This document shows positions 60,227 to 64,000 of a stretch of 64,000 nt of DNA, piece after piece. Under the pieces are notes generated by a model that saw only the letters and a list, made by a program, of their open reading frames with translations, was not told the DNA's origin and did no database searches. Origin of the DNA: an uncultured Gemmatimonadaceae bacterium. Its GTDB lineage: Bacteria > Gemmatimonadota > Gemmatimonadetes > Gemmatimonadales > GWC2-71-9. A program made the position numbers and the translations under genes. The stretch lies in assembly GCA_964585655.1 (NCBI GenBank), contig CAZPER010000007.1:1262-65261 (forward strand). Direction: 5' to 3'. Each line of letters starts with the position of its first letter. The first letter of the stretch is position 1.

Positions 60227-63016
60227 ATGCGGTTCACTCGTATGTTTGCGGCGCTGGCGATTCCCCTGACGCTGCTCCTGGCCGCGCCTCTCCGCGCCCA
60301 GGAACGCGAGATCGGGATTGAGGCGGCCGAACTCCCGGTGGACCGGATCGCGGACCTCCTCGCCCTCGAAACGGGTGTGACATGGCTCGGGCGTGGAGAC
60401 CTGAATATCCGGGGGGCCGGGACCAATACGCTGGCCCCGTACATCGACGGTGTCCCCATCCGGCCCGGCCACCGTGGCATGGGGACGCCGCTCCTCGGCG
60501 GGAGCTGGTTCGGCGCCCGCGGCAGCGGTATGGCGGTGGGCACTAACGCCTTCACCACTCTCACGCTGAGCCCGGGGCTCGGCGGCTCGGAGTTCGGGAT
60601 GAGCCGGGGTGGCACTGTCCAGGTCCGGACCCTGGCACCGCGCCGTGCCCCGGATGCGCCGGCGCTTGGCGCCCGAGCGAGCTGGGCCACGGACGCCATC
60701 CTTGGCACCGGGCAGAGCCTCGAGTTCAACCGGCTGCAGCTGAACGCCGAAGCCGGTGCCGGCGCCTTCGCCTTTAACCTGGCCGGTACACTCGAGGGCC
60801 AGGGCACGGCCCGGCTGGGCATGGACCAGAATCACCCGCCGGCCTACCTCGCCAACGGAGTAGATACCACCGTGACGGTGAACGGGCCCGGCGGCCCCAC
60901 GCAGGTAGATGTGCTCGCCTTCCGACCCGCCCCCGGACTGCGCACGCCAGCCAGCGCCGCCTCGAACTACGCCCTCCTGGCGAAGGGTACGTATCAGGCA
61001 AGCCCCCGGCATCGGATCGAGGTGTGGGCCGCCGCAAGCCAGGATCAGGCACGGCAGTTTGGCTACCAGGACCTCTACAACCCGGTCCAGTTGCGAGGCA
61101 GCAAGAGCTGGAGTCGCGCGATCACCGGCGCCTGGTACGGCTCGCTGTCGGAGCGGGCGGAGCTGGAGGTGCACCTCTCCCGGCAGGCGGACCGGGTGAC
61201 CGAAGGGCCGCTCTCCGTCGCCGGCGAGTCGGAGACCCGGAGTCCCTGGGGCGGATTCATGGTTGGTGGGTTTGCGTATCGTTTCGATGGGGAGTCCTTC
61301 CCGGTCAATGACCAGCTGATCCGGAACTTCCGGACCAACACCGGTCGCCGCTCCCCATACGACCTCAACGCGCCGACGCAGTACCAGCTCATCGACGAGT
61401 ACCGGAACAATGCCTATGGCCTGCTCGGTTTCTCCGATCGGGGAGGCCCCGTCGGCCTGCTGCGGATTTCCGAGGAGGATCGCACCGTGGCCAAGGCGGT
61501 GGGCCAGTATGCGCTGGCCGACGGCTACCGCATCCGCGCCGGGGCCGACGTGACCAGGTACGACCTGCGCTATTACTCCTCTCCGCTGACCAGCCAGGCC
61601 CTCGCCGAAGCGTATGTCGAGGCGCCGCGCCGGCTCGCGGGCTATGCCAGCGTCCTCGTGGCCTCCGGTGAACTGTCTCTTGACGCCGGTGTCCGCTACG
61701 ACCATTTCCGCTCCGGCGCCGACCGACCTGGGTTCCCGCGGATCTCATCGAGCCCAGGATTCGACCCGGCCAATCCGGCCGCCGGGTTCGTGACGGATAA
61801 AGGGCATGGCCGACTGAGCCCCACGGTCCGCGGCCGCTACCGGATCACCCCCCGGGCAGAGCTGTTCGCCAGTCTGGGCCAGCAGGTGGAGGTGCCGGAT
61901 TTCGCCCTGGTGTTCGCCGGCATCAACACCGACCTGTCCACGACGACGAACGCCCACACGTACGGGACTGATCTGGGATTCGAACGGGCCCGCTTCGGGG
62001 AGGTGGGTGCCCTGATGGAGATCGGCATGGGCGTGAAAGCGCGGGCGACGCTGTGGAACCGCTCCGACGAGGACCTGGCGGTCCTGGTCATCTCACCGGA
62101 ATTCGATCCGGCCAGGGCGACGACCGTGGATATCAAGCGGTACGTGAACGGTGGCCGGAGCACCGCCACCGGGTTCGAGCTCCAATTCAGCCGGGCACTC
62201 GGTGCGGGTGGGGCAGCCACCATCGGCTACACCTACACCGACGCCAACGAGCAGCTGCCCGCCGGGGGCGCGGTATTCGCGCCCGCCGATGCCGAGCGCG
62301 CCGACGTCCGGCGCCATGTGGTCACGGCGGTACTGCGGTATGAGACCGGACCAGAGTCGCATGCCCTCGGCGGGCTGGTGCGGAATACCGGGGTCTCCGC
62401 GATCTTCCGCGCCGCCAGCGGCACCCGGTACAGCCGTTGCACCCTGGGCTTCATGAACAACTTCGTGCTGTCCGACGACGCCTGTGTGCTCGCCTCGATC
62501 GTGGGTGAGGTGAACGGCTCCACGACCCCGGCCATTTCGCTGCTGGACGTCAAGCTGAGCCGGAGTTTCCGTTTCGGCGGCGCGGAGCTGGCGCTGTTTG
62601 CGGACGCTCGCAACCTCCTCAATACCCGAAATGTCCTTCGAGTGTTCGCGCAGAACGGCCAGACCCGCAATCCCCAGCTCGAGGCCTTCCAGCGCGACCT
62701 CGACCTCACCGGTTTCGCCGTGGAGGCGGCCCGGAATGGGGTCCTCCAGCCGGACAGCTCGATCGATCTGAGCTTCGGCGGGGCCCTCGACCCGCGGGGT
62801 GCCTGCGGGTCCTGGGTCGCAGACAATGGCTCGAGCGCAACCCCCAATTGCGTCTACCTGATCGGTGCCGAGACCCGGTTCGGCAACGGTGATCACATCT
62901 TCACACCACTCGAGCAGGCGCGCGCCTCCACGGCGCTGTACCAGGTCGCCTTTGGGCAACAGGCCCTGACCGGTTCCGGCCGGCGACTGCGGGTCGGGAT
63001 GCAGGTCCGCTTCTAG
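60227..63016 (+). CDS. TonB-dependent receptor-like outer-membrane protein
   Basis: Signal peptide; plug motifs LNIRG and YIDGVPI; LDAGVRYDHF, RLSP, DARNLLN; C-terminal RRLRVGMQVRF. Confidence 0.88.
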   Translation: MRFTRMFAALAIPLTLLLAAPLRAQEREIGIEAAELPVDRIADLLALETGVTWLGRGDLNIRGAGTNTLAPYIDGVPIRPGHRGMGTPLLGGSWFGARGSGMAVGTNAFTTLTLSPGLGGSEFGMSRGGTVQVRTLAPRRAPDAPALGARASWATDAILGTGQSLEFNRLQLNAEAGAGAFAFNLAGTLEGQGTARLGMDQNHPPAYLANGVDTTVTVNGPGGPTQVDVLAFRPAPGLRTPASAASNYALLAKGTYQASPRHRIEVWAAASQDQARQFGYQDLYNPVQLRGSKSWSRAITGAWYGSLSERAELEVHLSRQADRVTEGPLSVAGESETRSPWGGFMVGGFAYRFDGESFPVNDQLIRNFRTNTGRRSPYDLNAPTQYQLIDEYRNNAYGLLGFSDRGGPVGLLRISEEDRTVAKAVGQYALADGYRIRAGADVTRYDLRYYSSPLTSQALAEAYVEAPRRLAGYASVLVASGELSLDAGVRYDHFRSGADRPGFPRISSSPGFDPANPAAGFVTDKGHGRLSPTVRGRYRITPRAELFASLGQQVEVPDFALVFAGINTDLSTTTNAHTYGTDLGFERARFGEVGALMEIGMGVKARATLWNRSDEDLAVLVISPEFDPARATTVDIKRYVNGGRSTATGFELQFSRALGAGGAATIGYTYTDANEQLPAGGAVFAPADAERADVRRHVVTAVLRYETGPESHALGGLVRNTGVSAIFRAASGTRYSRCTLGFMNNFVLSDDACVLASIVGEVNGSTTPAISLLDVKLSRSFRFGGAELALFADARNLLNTRNVLRVFAQNGQTRNPQLEAFQRDLDLTGFAVEAARNGVLQPDSSIDLSFGGALDPRGACGSWVADNGSSATPNCVYLIGAETRFGNGDHIFTPLEQARASTALYQVAFGQQALTGSGRRLRVGMQVRF

Positions 63017-63065
63017 GCTTCACCCCCCGAAACCGGCGCCCGGCGGCGCCGTACGGAACGGCCGG

Positions 63066-63674
63066 ATGGGCTCTGAGTTCCTCACATACCTGCGTCTCGG
63101 AATGCATCATATCGCGGATCTCCGCGGCTACGACCACATCCTGTTCGTGGCCGCGCTGACCGTGGCGTACCAGCCGGCCCAGTGGCGCCGATTGCTGATC
63201 CTGGTGACCGCCTTTACCCTCGGGCATTCGGTCACCCTGGCACTCGCTACTCTGGACCTGGTCCGGGTGAACCCGGGCGCAGTCGAGGCCGGCATCGCGG
63301 CGACGATCGTCTTTACCAGCCTCCTCACGATCGCCCTCGTGGCCCGGGCCGCGCCGGCAGGCACCGCCCCCGTGGCCGACCGGGGACAACGGATCCGGTA
63401 CGCCATGGCGCTCGGCTTCGGCCTGATCCACGGGCTCGGCTTCTCGAGCTTCCTCCGGAGCCTGCTCGGCGGCGAGGAGTCACTCTTCCTGCCGCTCTTG
63501 TCGTTCAATATCGGGCTCGAGCTCGGACAGCTGGGCATCGTGCTGGCAGTCCTCGCGGTCGGGGTTGCGGTGGAACGGGTCCTGCGCCTGGAGCGGCGGG
63601 ACTGGGTGCTGGTGGCGTCCGGCGGCATCGCCGCCGTGGGGGCCACGGTGTTGCTGGAGCGGCTGAGCGGGTGA
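63066..63674 (+). CDS. HupE/UreJ family membrane protein
   Basis: GMHHI..GYDHILF, TAFTLGHSVTL, FGLIHGLGF, FNIGLELGQ. Confidence 0.93.
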   Translation: MGSEFLTYLRLGMHHIADLRGYDHILFVAALTVAYQPAQWRRLLILVTAFTLGHSVTLALATLDLVRVNPGAVEAGIAATIVFTSLLTIALVARAAPAGTAPVADRGQRIRYAMALGFGLIHGLGFSSFLRSLLGGEESLFLPLLSFNIGLELGQLGIVLAVLAVGVAVERVLRLERRDWVLVASGGIAAVGATVLLERLSG

Positions 63675-63714
63675 CCGGCGCGGGACTTCTTTCACTTCCT
63701 TCGAGAGCGATCTG

Positions 63715-64000
63715 ATGGCGATGCACATCTGGCGGGCGGGCGGTACGGTGGTGGCTGGACTGTTGCTGGCGACGGCGCCGGCGGCCGGTCAGCAGTGGCT
63801 CAATGCGCCGCCAAATCCGAAGACCAACCTCTCCAACTTCCGCGCCCTCGAGGAACTGGCCACGCCGAACGAGTTCCGCAACGCCGCGGGGAAGCCGGGG
63901 CCGAAGTACTGGCAGCAGCGGGTGGACTACGCCATCAAGGCGGCGCTCGACACCTCGACCCACACCATCACAGGGTCGGAGCGGGTCACCTACCACAACA
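63715..64000 (+). CDS. M1 family aminopeptidase, N-terminal part (3' truncated by window)
   Basis: Signal peptide, then TPNEFRNAAGKPGPKYWQQRVDYAI...ITGSERVTYHN typical of this M1 subfamily; catalytic domain outside window. Confidence 0.75.
   Translation, partial: MAMHIWRAGGTVVAGLLLATAPAAGQQWLNAPPNPKTNLSNFRALEELATPNEFRNAAGKPGPKYWQQRVDYAIKAALDTSTHTITGSERVTYHN

Noticed and set aside
60000-63065. Genomic island integrated at tRNA-Pro
   Set aside because: No integrase and no convincing duplication of the tRNA 3' end downstream; only a weak CCCCGA similarity near 63025.

Overview
High-GC bacterial chromosome segment, almost all core genome. The gene families and order suggest a diderm, probably Gemmatimonadota; that is inference, no marker search was run. 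Genes are densely overlapping and translationally coupled. In order: mutL-miaA-ankyrin-bshA-uppP-birA-coaX; a four-gene envelope unit ending in a predicted beta-barrel/NlpC-P60 fusion; a secreted PHM-like copper monooxygenase homolog; CIRCE-controlled groES-groEL; roadblock-manC-GlmU-like-MBL (minus strand); lipoprotein-serS-histidine kinase-pcrA-gatCAB; DUF948-like/Zn-phospholipase C/Ser-Thr kinase/M23 (minus strand); murA (Cys->Asp type)-pgeF; rimP leader attenuator and rimP-nusA-L7Ae-infB-DUF503-rbfA-truB-ribF-secDF-tatD; fhs-ridA-tRNA-Sec-DAG kinase-ltaE-murI; an outer-membrane biogenesis cluster (HEAT-cyclophilin, peptidase-propeller-Omp85, LolB-like, lptE); antiporter-rfaE2-rph-rdgB-cytochrome c-VKOR; tRNA-Pro(TGG), a TonB-dependent receptor, HupE/UreJ and an M1 peptidase. 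No CRISPR array, IS element, integrase or rRNA was seen. Most unusual observations: (1) tRNA-Sec starts at the base right after the ridA UGA stop, its D-arm sits where a bacterial SECIS would, and the frame stays open through the tRNA into the DAG kinase; (2) the barrel-NlpC/P60 fusion; (3) the copper monooxygenase-like protein; (4) the metallopeptidase-Omp85 cluster; (5) probable CTG starts in truB and lptE; (6) recurrent leaderless promoters. All calls come from motif recognition by eye; several start codons were moved from the supplied ORF track.
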